NCBI GenBank assembly: GCA_030141605.1
Contig: JAQGDQ010000011.1
Coordinates: 1 to 64,000, forward strand
Length of the DNA stretch: 64,000 bases
From: Tubiluchus corallicola
Lineage: Eukaryota; Animalia; Priapulida
Reading direction: 5' to 3'
The position numbers and the translations under genes were made by a program. A model generated the notes under the pieces. It was not told where the DNA came from. It did not search any database and was given only the letters and a program-made list of their open reading frames with translations. Positions within the stretch are counted from its first letter, which is position 1. Every line of letters starts with the position of its first letter. Of this stretch, positions 1 to 32,509 are shown in pieces.

Positions 1-98
1 TGATTGTGAGTGTGTATAGTTTTGTATAGCTGTTGATTGTAATCAGATATTCGTTAAGTTACTTAACGCCATTTGTCGAAATTCCAGAGATGAATTAT

Positions 99-720
99 GT
101 AGTAGTAGTAGTAGTAGTAAAATCTTGTTTGCCATTTTAAAAACATTGACCATCATAATAAAAGACAGACAACCAGTGTTAGTTCATATAAAAACATACA
201 CTGTTCTGGGCAAATGCGTCTGGTGCAGGCTAAACTATAAGTGCAACTAGAAATTCAAAAATAAAATATAAACTCTAGTTCAGTAAGGTCTTGGAAAAGG
301 AAAGTATGATTTGAGTGAGTATCATCGTGTTCGTATGTCGGATATTCAAAACGAGTCATTAAATGATTTCAAGAAGAGGGAGGTTACTGCTTTTGAAAGA
401 ATTAATATTCTTGATATATTTATAGAGAAACAAGAACGTTTGATAATTGGCTGTGGGCTTCTAGTATGGGGATTTTCATGGAGTTTCTTAAAGAGGTGGC
501 AGAATATTTACTTGTACTGTGAGATGATTTCAAAGAATGACCATTAACTAATCGTAAAGCGTAGTTTTGAAGTACATTTAATTTGATGTATGACTCTCTT
601 TTCACTTTTTGGTACAGTATTCAGGCATATAAATAATGGGGCAAAATTAAAGTTTTGTAAATTAGAATTCTTGTTTGTTTTGATAGCTGTCCTGTAAGCC
701 TGTACTCTTAAGCGTTAATC
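99..720 (-). mobile_element. Degenerate non-LTR retrotransposon (LINE) 3' fragment with (TAC)n tail
   Basis: Minus-strand peptide KLNVLQNYALRLVNG resembles the post-RT LQNxALRxxxG motif of I/Jockey/L2-type LINEs. Ends in a (TAC)7 tail at 99-119. Confidence 0.45.
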
Positions 721-757
721 TTAACAAACCAGTAAAGCACAGTGTTCGCCATTGCAT

Positions 758-975
758 ACATTGATGAAGTACAAAAGAAACTTTGCTGTATCCAAACTAC
801 TCAAATTGAAAAGCCTTTCACAGTTTCGTTGTGCGCACGCGCAATTGCTGTAGGTCAAAGGTTAAACATTGATGAAGTGCCAAAGAAACTTTGCTGCATC
901 CAAGCTACTCAAATTGAACAAGCCTTTTCATAGTTTCATTGTGCGCACGCGCAATTGCTGTAGGGCAAAGGTTAA
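758..975. repeat. ~109-bp tandem duplication (flank plus left end of MITE family A)
   Basis: ACATTGATGAAGT...GGTCAAAGGTTAA occurs at 758-865 and again at 867-975. Confidence 0.85.
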
Positions 976-1039
976 GTGTAGCAGATCAACGCGTCTTAAC
1001 TACAACCGCCGCGTGAGTAAAGGGTAAAGCAAAGCCGTC

Positions 1040-1674
<635 letters not shown>

Positions 1675-1829
1675 TGTGCCGTATCTGTTTAGTAACTTCA
1701 GTTGTTTTACGTGGACTTTACTTAATTATGCATTAGTTTGTGGGTAGAGTGATTTACTAGCACAATCTTGTTTGGGAACAAGAAAAAATGAACTAGGTAA
1801 TGTTCTAGCTAGCTGTTAAAATGGTTACT

Positions 1830-2023
1830 ATATATATAACACAGTATAAGACAGTATAAATAATACCGTTTAAGACCGCACAATATATAAATAACACAGT
1901 ACAAGACAGTATAAATAATACAGTATAAGACAGCACGATATTTAAATAATACAGAATAAGACAGTATAAATAATACAGTATAAGACAGCACAATATATAA
2001 ATAATACAGTATAAGACAGCAGC

Positions 2024-2055
<32 letters not shown>
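1830..2055. repeat. Minisatellite (ATAATACAGTATAAGACAG core, alternating ~24/31-bp units) plus (AT)n
   Basis: About 7 repeats of the core are visible. Confidence 0.85.
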
Positions 2056-2060
<5 letters not shown>

Positions 2061-3576
2061 TAAAGGCATATAACAATTGTTTTATATGGACTTTACTTAA
2101 TTATGCATTAGTCTGTGGGTAGAGTGATTTACTAGTAGGATCTTCCTTGGGAACAAGAAAAAATGAACTAGGTAAGGTTTAAGCTAGCTGTTAAAACTAC
2201 TAGTATTACAATAGCTTAGGCTGTGAGGTGTTGTCAAGCGTACACAAAAGCGTTGTCTCGCACGCGTACCTTTGACCTTTTCACGATCATCGTCAATCGT
2301 TGGAACTGCGAAAAGGCTTATTAATAATAAGTGCACATGTTCCCACACCTCTGTAAACTTTAGCCAACAATTATTATAAACGGGTAAATCAACTTATTTT
2401 ATTATTTTACTAGTATTCTTTACTGCTAAAAATGTTACATACAATGAGAACGTAAAATTAAAATCGTATTTTTATTAAAATTTGTATGTAACCAGTTTAA
2501 AAAACTGTTAAAACACAATAACTTTATAATTAATAAGCCTAACTTAAATTAACATGCACTTGAAAACTACATTAAAAAATATGTGCAAATATTCAGAAAA
2601 TTATAAAATGCACACAAAAAATAAACCGAAAGAAACAAAAATTAACAAACAACAAACAAAATGAGAAAATGAATAGTAGGCAAAACAGAATAAGCTATTC
2701 ATTGAGTAAATGAGTGATACAGTGGTGGATTAGATAATCAAGTGAAAGATAAATAATGTATGAAAATAAGTGAATGAATACGTGACAAATACATTTTTTA
2801 TAAAGTTTTCACACCAGAAACCGAAATCTAACACTTTAGCAGCAGGGCGCATAAGTTTTTTGTATTGATAGTTGTGCCATCAGGAACAATCCTTGAAGGC
2901 TAGTCCTGGCTGGAAAGTGATAAAATAAGTAAATAAACAAAAAAAACTGACAAATAGACAAAGAGATAAATAAATAGGATTCACAGATTAATGGTTAAGT
3001 AATTTTAATCGCTTGCAAACGTTTCTGAAAAATAATTAATGTAAATTTTTAGTGTTTTTACTAACCAACATGTGAAGTCTTTAATCTTGTGTAGTTCATT
3101 GACAATTTGACGCTCTTGTATATCATCAGTCAAGAGACTGTATATACGCAATTATTTATATGTACTATGATTTATTGCTACATTTTATTTATTGCAACAT
3201 TTTGTTTATTGATACATTTTGTGTATGTTCTTATTAATAAAGTATTTTAACACCAGTATATAAAACAAGCTAACAAACAAACAGAAAAATAATAAAATAA
3301 CAACAGCTTGAAATTTTGGCAGAATGTTTTCAAAATAATAAAATTGGATATAGAAGATGATGCCAAAACCTGATTTATTTCCTTTGGTGTACAATATACT
3401 AGTCTAACAAGAAGCGTATTTTCTATAGGATATAAAGACATAAAAGGAATTTTTCCTGTAGATCGGATTGCTTAAATGAGAACCTCCTCATACGGCAAAT
3501 CTTTGATCATGATTAGGATTTCCAAAGTAAGCAAAAGTAAAGGCAAAATATGGCATTAGATCTATAAAATCCTTAT

Positions 3577-4407
3577 GACGCGTTCAGACTAGAGAGTTCT
3601 CTCGCGAGTTCTCTGAGAGAGTATACTCGCAAGTAATTAATTAAGTAAGCAAACAAGCAAGCAAGCAAGCAAGCAAGTAAGTAAGTAAGTAAGTAAGTAA
3701 ATTTTATTGCAAGCATTGCTGATTTAACAACAGTTAGTGTGAACGGCTTAGCAAGTTCTCTCGCAAGTTATTGCGCAAGAACTTTCAGCAGATTTCTCTG
3801 GGTCAATTTATGATTTCAATATTAAAAAAATTGCATTAGGCTCTTTTCACTGGCTGCAATTAAGTGTTTCTTGTACGACGAACTTTTTTTAACTTCCAGT
3901 AATTGTAAGGTTATAATAGTGCCTGCTATCAATTTTAGTCCACTAAACCTCATAAGTCTTTATTACACTTGTTAAGTACATGCTCCTCAATGTGCTGGGC
4001 AATGTTATAGACATGTTTGCAAAAGGAAAACCTAACCGTCACCATTATTTCTTTTGAATTTTTGAAGCGTTAGAAAAAGTATTGTGAAAGTATTTGCATG
4101 TTTGTTCAGTGAAAATATAAGCCTATGAGTTGTGTGTTGTTAGACTCATGATTTTTTTAGTAAAGGTTATTATAATTTTGACTTCTTGGTTTTACATGCT
4201 ATTGCTATTGCATTAGGCAATTGTTGTTTGTCAGGAGGTGATTGCCTCCCCTCAAATTAGGGCAACTTAAATTTTTTTAGCTCGGATTTCTCATGCCCCC
4301 TTGTGAAACTTCCTCCCGTACGCTTATGCGTTCACACTTGCGAGTTTACTCTCACAGAGAACTTGCGCAAGAATTTGCAAGAAAAAACTCTCTAGTCTAA
4401 ACGCGTC
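3577..4407. mobile_element. PIF/Harbinger-like MITE (family D) with internal insertions
   Basis: TIRs GACGCGTTCAGACTAGAGAGTT and AACTCTCTAGTCTAAACGCGTC. Internal CTCGCAAGT-type repeats; (AAGC/AAGT)n at 3641-3700. Superfamily assignment is inferred. Confidence 0.7.
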
Positions 4408-7400
4408 GTCAGAGATAGATTTGCATGAGCTTTAGAATCGTTTCTTTTACCTCTAATTTAGAATTCATGTAGATCTCTTCTGTCCTATGGGTTATTTGAA
4501 AATAGTTAAATAAATAAACAAATATAAGTGTCACGTTTGCAGGAACTATCAATATTAGGCTACTTATTCTTTTATTTTTCCTGACTCCGACAATAAGATC
4601 AACTTTATAGCTCAAAAATAATGTGAGCACAACGTCTCCACGGTTAGGGTGCGCCACCATAAACGACAACCAGTTTTAGATTCGGATTATGCTGATTTCA
4701 TCTAGCACTCAACTAATGTATAGGAAACCTATACATGTATTTCCCAAATTGTTAATCTCATTGATTCATCGATTTATTGGACCTTGAGCTTGATAATTTC
4801 ATTAAATTAGGTTAATGAAACTGCGGAATCTTGTTATGGCAAATTGGAAAAAAATAGAAAAAAGGATTTATCAGCAATAATTTGCCGTACAACCATATTG
4901 CTAAATAAGATGGATGACAGCCGTTTTTTCAGCAGAATTAAAGTTAATCCTTATTTCTGTACACAGCAACCCCGAATCCAGCACTCAACGTCAGGGCCGT
5001 TTGTGACGAGACTGCACTCAGTTCATTATCAAGGATATCCGTCTACGTCTAAGGTGAGCCACTGAATAGGCAAAGGTGTTTCAGGTATCTTTCGGTGTAT
5101 TTACCTTTACGAGGTAAATAGCCAGAATCGGCAAGGCGAATGAAACCCCGGGGGGAATACTGAAGGTGCTGTCCCGTCTATTTACTGACCAAACTTATCG
5201 TTGAATGACTTCGTTCGCGAAGCATACGTCGTGACCATTCGGCCATATATACACGTCCTGTCTGTCAAGTCCTGGCTTACTGCAGAACATTAAAATGAAT
5301 AAAGTCGCACGTGTGAACTTGGCAAAAACGTTTTTTCTCTTTTTCCTGACAAGAGAAAAATGACCAAATAACGATCGCCCGTGCAACCTGGCTAAGCTAT
5401 CTCCTCTCAGCAGGGGTGAACAAAATTACCTTCCTCTTTTTCTTGCGGGCATGCAGTAGTTCTGAGTGACCCAACTTCTACTCTAATAACGTTTCGGTAG
5501 AATCATTTGGGTTACAGAAAGTTTGTGACTTCGTCGTTTATGATTTCCTTGCATTAATTCACACATGATGTCACAAAAATTTGTTTAATTGTTAATTTTA
5601 CTTGTTTTTAATTTATTTTTTTCGATACTCATATCAATTTTTCATGTTGGAGAACAGTAACATTCTTAGAATCGATGTTGCTCCTCTAAATGCATTAATT
5701 GGTAAAGCGATATTAACACCACCACATTTCGAAACTGCGTCGTTTTCATTACAAACACACATTTTTAAATAATTTATTAACCGAGGGCAATTACAATTAA
5801 TTAAGAATATTGTGAGTAAATGGCAAATAAAATGTAAATTGAAAATTCAAATAACATTTTTGCAAATTTTAGTGTGTATACATCAAGTTATGCCCAGTTT
5901 TCACATATCTGTAAGATAGTTTTCGAACTAGAGTAGCATGTTTTATTTAAACTTTTGCCGATTGATATTATCTCAATGTTCTGTTATGATTTTCAATATT
6001 TTTACAAACAATAAAGGTGATACGTTTATACTTACTTATTAAAAATCTTAGTAGTAATATTTGAAATACAAACAAAAACATGTTAACTACAAATGAACTG
6101 GCCTACATTGCTGTCAACTTTCATCTCAAAGTATCGTAATAGTACTAAGTCAATATAAAGTTACAAAATTCCATTAATACACGAGATTTTTGTGCATTAC
6201 AAGACAAGTATTCTACTATTATTTATTTACAATGCAACCTGGAGTGAAATCCTAGTCTTTATAAATCTAATTGACTCGTTTTACTTACCAAATCGAAAAA
6301 AATAAAGAAATAATTTGTAATTTTCGTTCTTCTCACGGGTTAAAGGTCCTCGGTAGATAGGAATTTTTGGTATAAACAGCTCAATATACTAGGCCCACAG
6401 TACAGTACCACGGGTTCACATAATTATTGTTTCACTTAATAACAAATCACACAAAATTACACCGCGCGAATCAATGTAAATAAAATAAAGAGTCGTTCAC
6501 ACACGTCTCATTACACAATAGCGGTGTTGTTCACATACATCTCATTCATGTCAACGTTCATAGAGCAACTGTGACAGCGAGTGCATGATGTGTCTCTCTG
6601 CTGCGTAAGCTCATCACATTATGCGCTTATAATAGAGCAAGATGTGAAATTCGAACCATATAAGACGCACCGAGCCTGGTAGATATAATGAGTTTAATTA
6701 AACTATAACCCACTAGGGGCGCAACAATCTCAATGTTAGAAACTGTTTCTACAGAGAAACACTTTTAGCGAAATAGCAGCAAAAAAGAAAACTTCATAAA
6801 GCGATGTCAAATTCATAACACTATCTTAGAAGTATTCAAGTGATTTGTCTGTTTCTTTACCTTCTTAACCACTATAACTTGAATTGATTAGAACATCTCC
6901 GGGGTGCAAGGGTTAAAAGCATTTAGAATCATGTAAATCCTATCTACAAGCAGCCTATATTATAATCCTGACTATAATCCGTTCCGTATGCGCGTTCATA
7001 CAATGATCGTCTGCTGGTCGTATCACCACGTGTGTTAATCCGCCACGCGAGAAAGGGAGCCGTTAACAGTGTGTAAACTGATCTAGCTCGTGTAGTTCTG
7101 TGACAACATGGGTTATAATAGAAGATTATGATCACTGGGCTCATGCGAAGCTGTCAGTCACAATTGGTGGTGTCGCTTTTTGTTTGCCATAGTACTAAAC
7201 TATCACTGGTTAAGCCGCATTCACACTTACGACTGATGACAGCAATCAAAACACGAGCTTATATAACTTCTGCTATTAACACGCACACTACCCTCATAAG
7301 AGATTGTAGGATTCCAAGCATATTTATACTATGACTTTTCCTAGACTACAGGAAATCTATATGATTTTATTCCTAATGTATGGGAAACCTATGTATTTCC

Positions 7401-7919
7401 CAAATTGTTGACCAACCAACTTACTGATCTCATTGATTCATCGATTTACTCAATCGTGAGCTTGATAATTTCTTGGGTCAGTAAACAGTGGCCTCGTGTG
7501 GAGTTGAAGGCTCAACTTGTTGTTCTTGTGAGTGCTGCTGCTTCCTACTGCTGTTAATTGTTGTTGTCATCATCATCGTCGTCGTGATTAGGGTCTTTGT
7601 TATTATTGTCAGACTGTGGAATATACCTGGATATTAGGCTTATAGTACACGTTTCTTACATTAGAAGCCTCGCATTTTTAGCACTGTGAGACTACTGGAA
7701 ACTTGCATCCCGAGATACCATTAAGCACCTAAAAATTCTTTGCAACAAAAAGTTAAGAGGCACAAGGTTCGAGGAAGAATAGAGTACTATAATGCTGAAA
7801 TTGCTTTCAAGTTTATAACACATGGTTATGTTATATCATTGCAGATTTAATCAAGACGTCGCAGAGTGATAGATAGATCAGCATGCCACCCCTCTCACCA
7901 TCTGTTGCTACAAGTGACG

Positions 7920-8480
7920 CAGTGTTGTTGTTGTTGTTGTTGTTGCTGCTGCTGCTATTGCCAGTTTCGTTGCTGTGCTCTGCTAATCACTGTTGCTAAT
8001 TTTAACGACTTATAATCTATAGGTCTTATTGCTGTTGCAGTTATTGTTGCTGCTAATGCACAATCAGTGTTGTGTTATTATTGCTGGAGCTGTTGCAGCA
8101 GCTTTTACTACAATCAGTTTTGTTGTTGCTGTTGCTCATTTACTGCCGTTTTTTGACAAGTTACTGTCGTTGCTGATGTTCAGTTACTGACTCTTTTTGA
8201 CAAGTTATTGTTGTTGCTCCTGCCAACGTGCCCGCTGCTATCAGTTACTGTTAATGTAGAATCAGTGTTAGCTTTTTGTCGCTGTTTTTGTTGGTGTAGT
8301 TGCCGCCGTAGTTTAGGCGCGGAAGTTTCTGCCACTGATAGTCTTCTTATGCTTTTTTTGGCGAGTGACTGTTCCTATTCGCCTGCTGCTGGTTGTTGCT
8401 GCTACTGCTGCAGACGAAGCTACTGTTGGTGTTGCTAGTGTACAGTCAGTTTTGTGTTACTGCTGTTGCTGTTGTCATCA
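7920..8480. repeat. Degenerate (GTT/GCT)-rich low-complexity repeat
   Basis: (GTT)n(GCT)n runs with recurring CAATCAGT and TTTTTGACAAGTTA motifs. Confidence 0.75.
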
Positions 8481-10391
8481 TAATCATTTATTTCTAGGAA
8501 ACAAAACTTAACCGTAGTAATAATTAGTGCACAAGGCGGCGCACGATGAAACTGAATAGCTTATGGCCTGTATGTTTTATTTATCATACACTATGACTAC
8601 ACCTACCTGATCCCAAGGGTTCAATCAATTTTATAGCGTGTTTATTATTGAACCTGTGTAAAAACAAGTGACTGAGGCGAGACCCTGGTGACTTGTCATT
8701 CACTGGACTTTTAGGTCACAGTGTTTCCCGAACTTTGTTGTGTATTTTGACACTCTAATAATGACGCGAAAAATATAACTTAAAAAGGTCATTTTTGAAA
8801 GGCTTAACTGAACAAAACTGGGAATTTACGGAGCTGCGATGTAATTTTGAATCAATTCTATTAAAAACAACACACGTACTATTTAAGTATGTATTGTCAG
8901 CAAGAAAACTTAGCGCTAATTTACGCCATTATGTTCACGTGACGCTAGTAGTCTGAGATTCTTAAATCTTGGAGTCCCTCTTTATATAACTGCGTAAATG
9001 TATACTCAATAGGTACTTTATAAAATCCAACTTTGTTGCGCCATCTATGAGAAAAAAATAAAAGTTCCTGTTAGTGGTTTTAAAAAGTTGCAAGAGTAAT
9101 TAAATGTCCAAAATTAGTAGCTATAGGCTCAGTTGTTAAAAACCTGAATCGTTTACAATCATACAAAAACATCGTAAATTCATAGAAAATGATTCAACTT
9201 CCACACGCCATAACACCATATGACTGTAACACACACAAAAGAAAACCAAACACACAACACAGGCAAAAGCAAGCGTCCTAATAGCCCTATATTTCACATT
9301 TGATTTCCATTATGAATTAGGAATCCATTCTATTTCCCAAACTTGAATAAGTAAAACTGCAAATATCTTGCTACTATTATCTGTAGGAGGAGCGGCTGGA
9401 CCAATGATGTAATATGTTAAGCTACGTTCAATTTTTAATTTTTATCTGGAAAGGAAATGACACAGAGGAACTTCAGGAAGGTATTTTTACACTAGCACAT
9501 TCTAATCTAGAAGACCCCTCACAAGTACAGTAGCGGAGAGCAGTTACAAAAATCACAACATTTTTATGTCAATTAAGACATTAACATTAAGACATTCGGG
9601 GTAAATCCTACTATATGATAACCAAAAAAAACCTAAGAAAACCACAAACAGATCACGTTTATTTTTTCTTATAATAACTATAACTGCTTTGTAGTTTGTT
9701 GACTTATTCCAGGTTCAATGTAAAGGAAGCATACACTGGTGGTCAAAGTAAATGAGCAGCTCACAGAGTGAAGTACATAAAACACTTCCTACTAATATAA
9801 TTTCACTAAATGCAGTTAAAGTGTATCGACATTGTTTGCGACTCTGACCTGCCGTGAGTGGGTGTTCTTCTTCCGTAACCTCAATGCAGAGTGAGCAACA
9901 ACAAGGGCAAAATAATGCGATGCGCACGCACACTCAAAGTTAGAAAATTACATCTTTGCACCATCTACTGGGCAGTATGCTAACTTATGACAGTCACATA
10001 ACAGAAAATAGTTTACAAACAATGGCTGAGAAGCAATTAATTAATTTCTGTAACCTTAGAATGTATATTTAACAAGTTACAATGGTATTTTTTTACTCTC
10101 TTGAATTTGAGAAAGACGATGTCTTGAGCCTAGAGTCTACAAGAAAACTTCCGTCTTACGGTAGGTACCATATATATGCATACTTTGTCAAAAATACTGT
10201 AATCTACATTGTTGTCAGTTGTAAAGTGGCAAAGAGTACCGTATTTTCCATATGGAGGTAAGATTAATTTAATCTATTAAATTAATCTATTAGACACATT
10301 AATTTAACGAAAATAAATGCTGCAAAAATACAGTAAAAGCGATTTTAGTCGACCAAAAAATTCAGAAACAGATCCTAATTAGACTGTAGGG

Positions 10392-27924
<17,533 letters not shown>

Positions 27925-28008
27925 CTAAAAAGTAAAGAAAAATTATAGTGGATTGCTAAAATAACTTTGATTGTAATTGCACTTTAGCTTATAATCACTT
28001 ATCCTTAC

Positions 28009-28100
28009 CTAGTTGATAAGAGCAAATTTACTTTTATACAGGGCATCTTGCAGCACGATGGCAACGTTTGAAAGCATGTCAGTATGCAGCAAGATGCGTG
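28009..28100 (-). promoter_or_regulatory. Putative non-coding first exon/promoter of POLR3C
   Basis: The POLR3C ATG directly follows a TTTTAG acceptor. A strong donor (CTAG|GTAAGG) at 28009/28008 would give an 84-nt 5'UTR intron. The upstream boundary is a guess. Confidence 0.5.
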
Positions 28101-28665
28101 TGCTGTCTTTAAAAAGTCTGGACAATTAAACACAATCGATAAATGAATTTAAGTTAAACAATGTAAAGATAATGTCACAAAAGACCAGTGGCGGCTCATA
28201 GTTAAAATTAGTGGGGATGCTGCTTCAGAAAATTTTTAGCCATTGCTTTAATGTTATGTAAAATGAAACAAACATATAAAAAGACACAACACACGCTCAG
28301 TTTAAAAGAAACACTAGCTTACACTTGCACAACAGGGCTGGCATTGTGTGAGTGACAAGGCTCTCTCTACTTAGCGTGCAGCTTCTTATCTCGGACATGT
28401 ACGCATGACTGCATATACACAATATATGCACAACATCGTATTTCATCCTTTTTGGAAGAAAAGGTGGACTTCCTGTCCTTCAAAAATAGTAAACTGGTTA
28501 CTCCAAACTGATGGAAACATAGCAAAAAGAAATTTGGGGAAGGGATTTTTGTGTTGATGTCTTAGTAGTTTGAAGTGCTTCTGTCACGTTTAATAGCCAA
28601 ACTGAAATTCTCACTTGGGTCGTACAAACAAACAAAAAGTAATCGTGCAATTGGACTTTTAAACT

Positions 28666-29972
28666 CAGTGGCTTAGCAAGTGCTTGTGGGGGTAAAAAAC
28701 TCCTGGTGCTCTACCATTTTAATGTTTTGATCATTTATTTCGCGAGCGAAGCCAAAATTGTGCGCATCTTTACATACCCGAGCCCGACTTTCATTTCTCG
28801 ACATGATGAGATAAAGGTAAATGATTTTTTTCTAAGAATCACCCCGACCTTGATTTGTAGTACTGCACCAGAATAACTCTTCTATGCATAAGTTGCTCAT
28901 AACACAACAGCCCTTAAATATTCAGCTCCAGCATTAAAACATGCAAAGATTATGGAAGATACAGAACACTACAGGTTTTCACGATAACACAATCGGCATT
29001 TAGAGCAACACCACTGTTTCTCCCAATTACTGACCTGCTAAGCCACAGGACAACCTACACACACCGTTAAGTAACAACATTAGCCTTTATTTAACATTAA
29101 CATTAGACTGTATGTAGTAATTAAGTCAGAGCTATGATGATCTCTGACTAGACAATATTGTTGTAGTTTGAAAGCTTTTGTTAACTATATTGTTAATGTT
29201 TGATTAGTAATTAATAATTGTTTGCATGCAAACCAAACCCGTCCATGCGTCGGCATAGTTATGCTGCTACAAAAGTAGAATGCATCAATAATTTGGTCAA
29301 ATGTTAATTTTTTCTTTTTTTTTATAAAAAAAAATGCTAAATATATTGGACTTTTATACTCTAGCATCAAATTACCAAAAAAATGTCCAAAAAATGTTAA
29401 AATCTACTTTTATAACCTCGTACCCACTTTTATAGATAGAAACTAGTAATGCAATTGTAAAAAAAACTTGTATTTGTAAAATCCGATAGAAGCTTGTGGA
29501 AGCAGTCATTTTGCTTCAGGTTTTTTCTGTTGACAAACCCAGATCTTTGTCAGGAACAGCCGTCTACAATATTTAAACATAACTTCGATGTGCTCTTGTA
29601 AAGACCACACTTTCGTGCAGTTGCTAAGTGTTTTACAGAGATGCGAAGAAAAACAATGGCTGACTATAACAGAGATTTTCTCAAGGTTGCATTTTCCAAT
29701 GCATAGCATTGTGTTTTTCAATGCAATGCATTTCAACGTGGATTATCTCAGCTTAGAAATAACATAGAGCAATAAGCTTGGTATTAAAACGATCCTCATG
29801 AAATGGAGATTCAGAGTATGTGAATAACTAGAAAGGTTAATTGCCGACTTATGGATGATTTTGCTATTGAAGCACACAATTAACAGTCATTGAACTCAAG
29901 CAGAATTTTGCGCTCACTCACCCTTGTGCCTGGGGGCGATTGAACTGTCACCCCTACCTGGCTACACATCTG
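28666..29972 (+). mobile_element. hAT-like non-autonomous element, 1.3 kb
   Basis: Ends CAGTGGCTTAG and GGCTACACATCTG. Both terminal regions are homologous to the inverted shorter copy at 57752-58387. Confidence 0.65.
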
Positions 29973-31379
29973 CAAAAATGCAAGAAGCATCAAATGCAGT
30001 ACGTGGCTCAGATCGACCCTTACATGAGTAATTCATTAAAACTCACCTTTTGTAGAATCACCTACATCATACGTCAAATAGGTTCCAAATCTGTTCACTT
30101 TACCAGCTGCGAAGAACAAATTTCCTCACATTGCAGTTTCCTGCTCTTTTTAGTAGTCAAATACCATACTAAAATAATATTTAACTTTAACTAAATTTAT
30201 GTTTGAGTTCGCTTACAACACCTATTTTCCCTCCAGTGTATGTAAAACCAGTTGGTAAAATCTAATGAGCATAGAATCAGCGTTACTGGGTTTGAATTCA
30301 GTTTTTTCTCTGTTGGATCCTAATTTCTACTACATGTTGTACCAGGTCTGGACTAGTGTGAAATGTCATAATCTAGAGTATTATGTAATTTATCAGTTTT
30401 TAAAAAAAAACAGTTCAGGCATTCAACAAAGGAGGTAGAGAACAGAGAAAAAAGAGGCAACTGGCCAGATAGAACTGTGCTACCTCTAATATTTTGGATA
30501 AAGAGACAAAATAATTTTGTTCTTACTGTACTTTGTTTTGGGATTAGCAAACCAATTATTTTCTCAGTGGTACACTAACAGAAACAACTTTAGAACTATA
30601 GCCTAATGAAGAATGGTTTTTGTTTATATTGCCTAACACTTTGGTACACTTTTTGATCTGGCTAAAACATACAATACACAAAATGCATAAACATCAGAAA
30701 ACTGTAATTTATGTAATGTTTCCAAGGATACAAAATGACAAATTAGTGCCAATCAGCATTAATGGGTAGAGCTCCATTTACCTAGAGCTCTGGTCATCTC
30801 TGAATAAGTTTTGCAACTTTGGTCAAGAAAACCAGAATGATAATGCCTTGTAATCACTAATGAATTAATTTTTACTCTGGCTGTTCCTCAATGGGCACTC
30901 CTGGCCAGTTTGAGAAATATTGCTAAATTTATTAAATTAGTGTAACACAGCATGGCATAGCATACATCCACAAAGTGCTTCATTATCTGTGGCAAACATA
31001 ACTTAATAGAGTGTTGTAGCTTGATTCTCCTTCAATCCAAATGCAGCCAAAATTCAACGATAAAAACATGTAAAATATACTGCATGTCAATGATGGCATT
31101 CCTTCTTCACACAGTAGTTATGTTCTTTAAGATATTCTGATGGTATTAGAACTGGAACTAAATCTATTTAATTGTGAATATGCTCTTTTTTCGATGGCGA
31201 TGCTCGACTCTCTCCACTTATCAAAGGCGGGCAAAGTCTTTATAAGGTGCAAAGTCTATTTTTCAGTAACGCTGATCTTTTGGTTGGCTTTTCCCACTTT
31301 ATTGTCTTTACCCTGTATTCCATGCATTCGTTTCACTAGATTTCTGACTTCCAGCAATCCTTCTTTTTCACTGTTCATT

Positions 31380-31625
31380 ATTACATCGGAGTTTATCATT
31401 AAATTTTTTCCATTCTTCATATCTGCTGCATTTAAGCATATGTTCAGTAGTATCATCATCTTCCCCACACACTGGGCATAACAACTGGTCCTTAAACTCA
31501 TTCTTGTAGTTTCTGTTTAACTTTTATCACATTCAGTCTTATTTTCAATATATCTTTAACGTCTTCTGGTCTGCATGTGTCTATGTAATTTTGTCGTTTC
31601 CACTCGGCATGTTTTCGAAATCTTA
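31380..31625 (-). mobile_element. Non-LTR retrotransposon C-terminal CCHC zinc-knuckle remnant
   Basis: Frameshifted ILKIRLNVIKVK..NYKNEFKDQLLCPVCG..DTTEHMLKCSRY. Confidence 0.55.
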
Positions 31626-32509
31626 ATTTAGTGCTGCTCCTACACTTTGTACACTGTAGTGTGGGGGAAAGGGAACGACCATACGGTCTTTTACTCCCTT
31701 TCCCTATATAAAATGAAATAAATTGAAATAATTCTAATCAGCTTTATAATAGAGTGGTGTTATTTTTTAAACTGCAGATTTTTCTCAAATACTCCTTCAA
31801 TTAAATTTTAGATAATTCAGGAGCCTAAAGTACAAACAGAAAATAAAATAATTATACTACTTTGTAAAACAGGAAAGTTGCGAATTGCCTTGAATGAAGA
31901 AAAGTAAGTAAGTAAGTATCTTCATTAATCACCTTTTTACAAGAAAAACACAGTGCATGGAACGATAATATGATAATATGCTACAATGTCACAGAATTAT
32001 TAAATGATTAAATTATCTGAGTTATGATATTCAACTGATTCGTGAAAGGGTGGCGAAGAACTAAAAGTTATCAAAGTCAACCACTCTGTAAGTAATGTTA
32101 GTATTAGTAATTAATTATATGCACAATTATCTTGAAAAAATGTTCACGATTAGGTGTGATAAAAGTTTACATACGGAGCATAACCAAGTTGCTTAAGTAA
32201 GTAAAGGAATGGTGAGTGTACTAAGATTGAACTATGAGATTTAGGTTTAAATTTTAACATACACATCAGGGACGTAGAGATGTGTAGATATTACGCAGAG
32301 AGAATTGCCTTACCTCTCAACTTTCATTTACATGTTAGTACTGCATATAACACATTTCCAATATGGCATCTAGATTGTCATGAGCCCTCTATTTGGGTGT
32401 AAAATTACATTATTATAATTGCACTGATGGTATACCAATGGCTACATACATATATACACACACATACATATATATACATAGCTATATACATAAATATGCA
32501 TACCTAGCA

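Noticed and set aside
3450-8620. Possible third coding gene from minus-strand splice-like sites (~8606, 7628, 5430, 3561)
   Set aside because: The candidate exons have stops in the frames tried and no recognisable homology.
10261-10288. AT-rich palindrome AGATTAATTTAAT-CT-ATTAAATTAATCT in the POLR3C 3' region
   Set aside because: Low complexity; no evidence of function.
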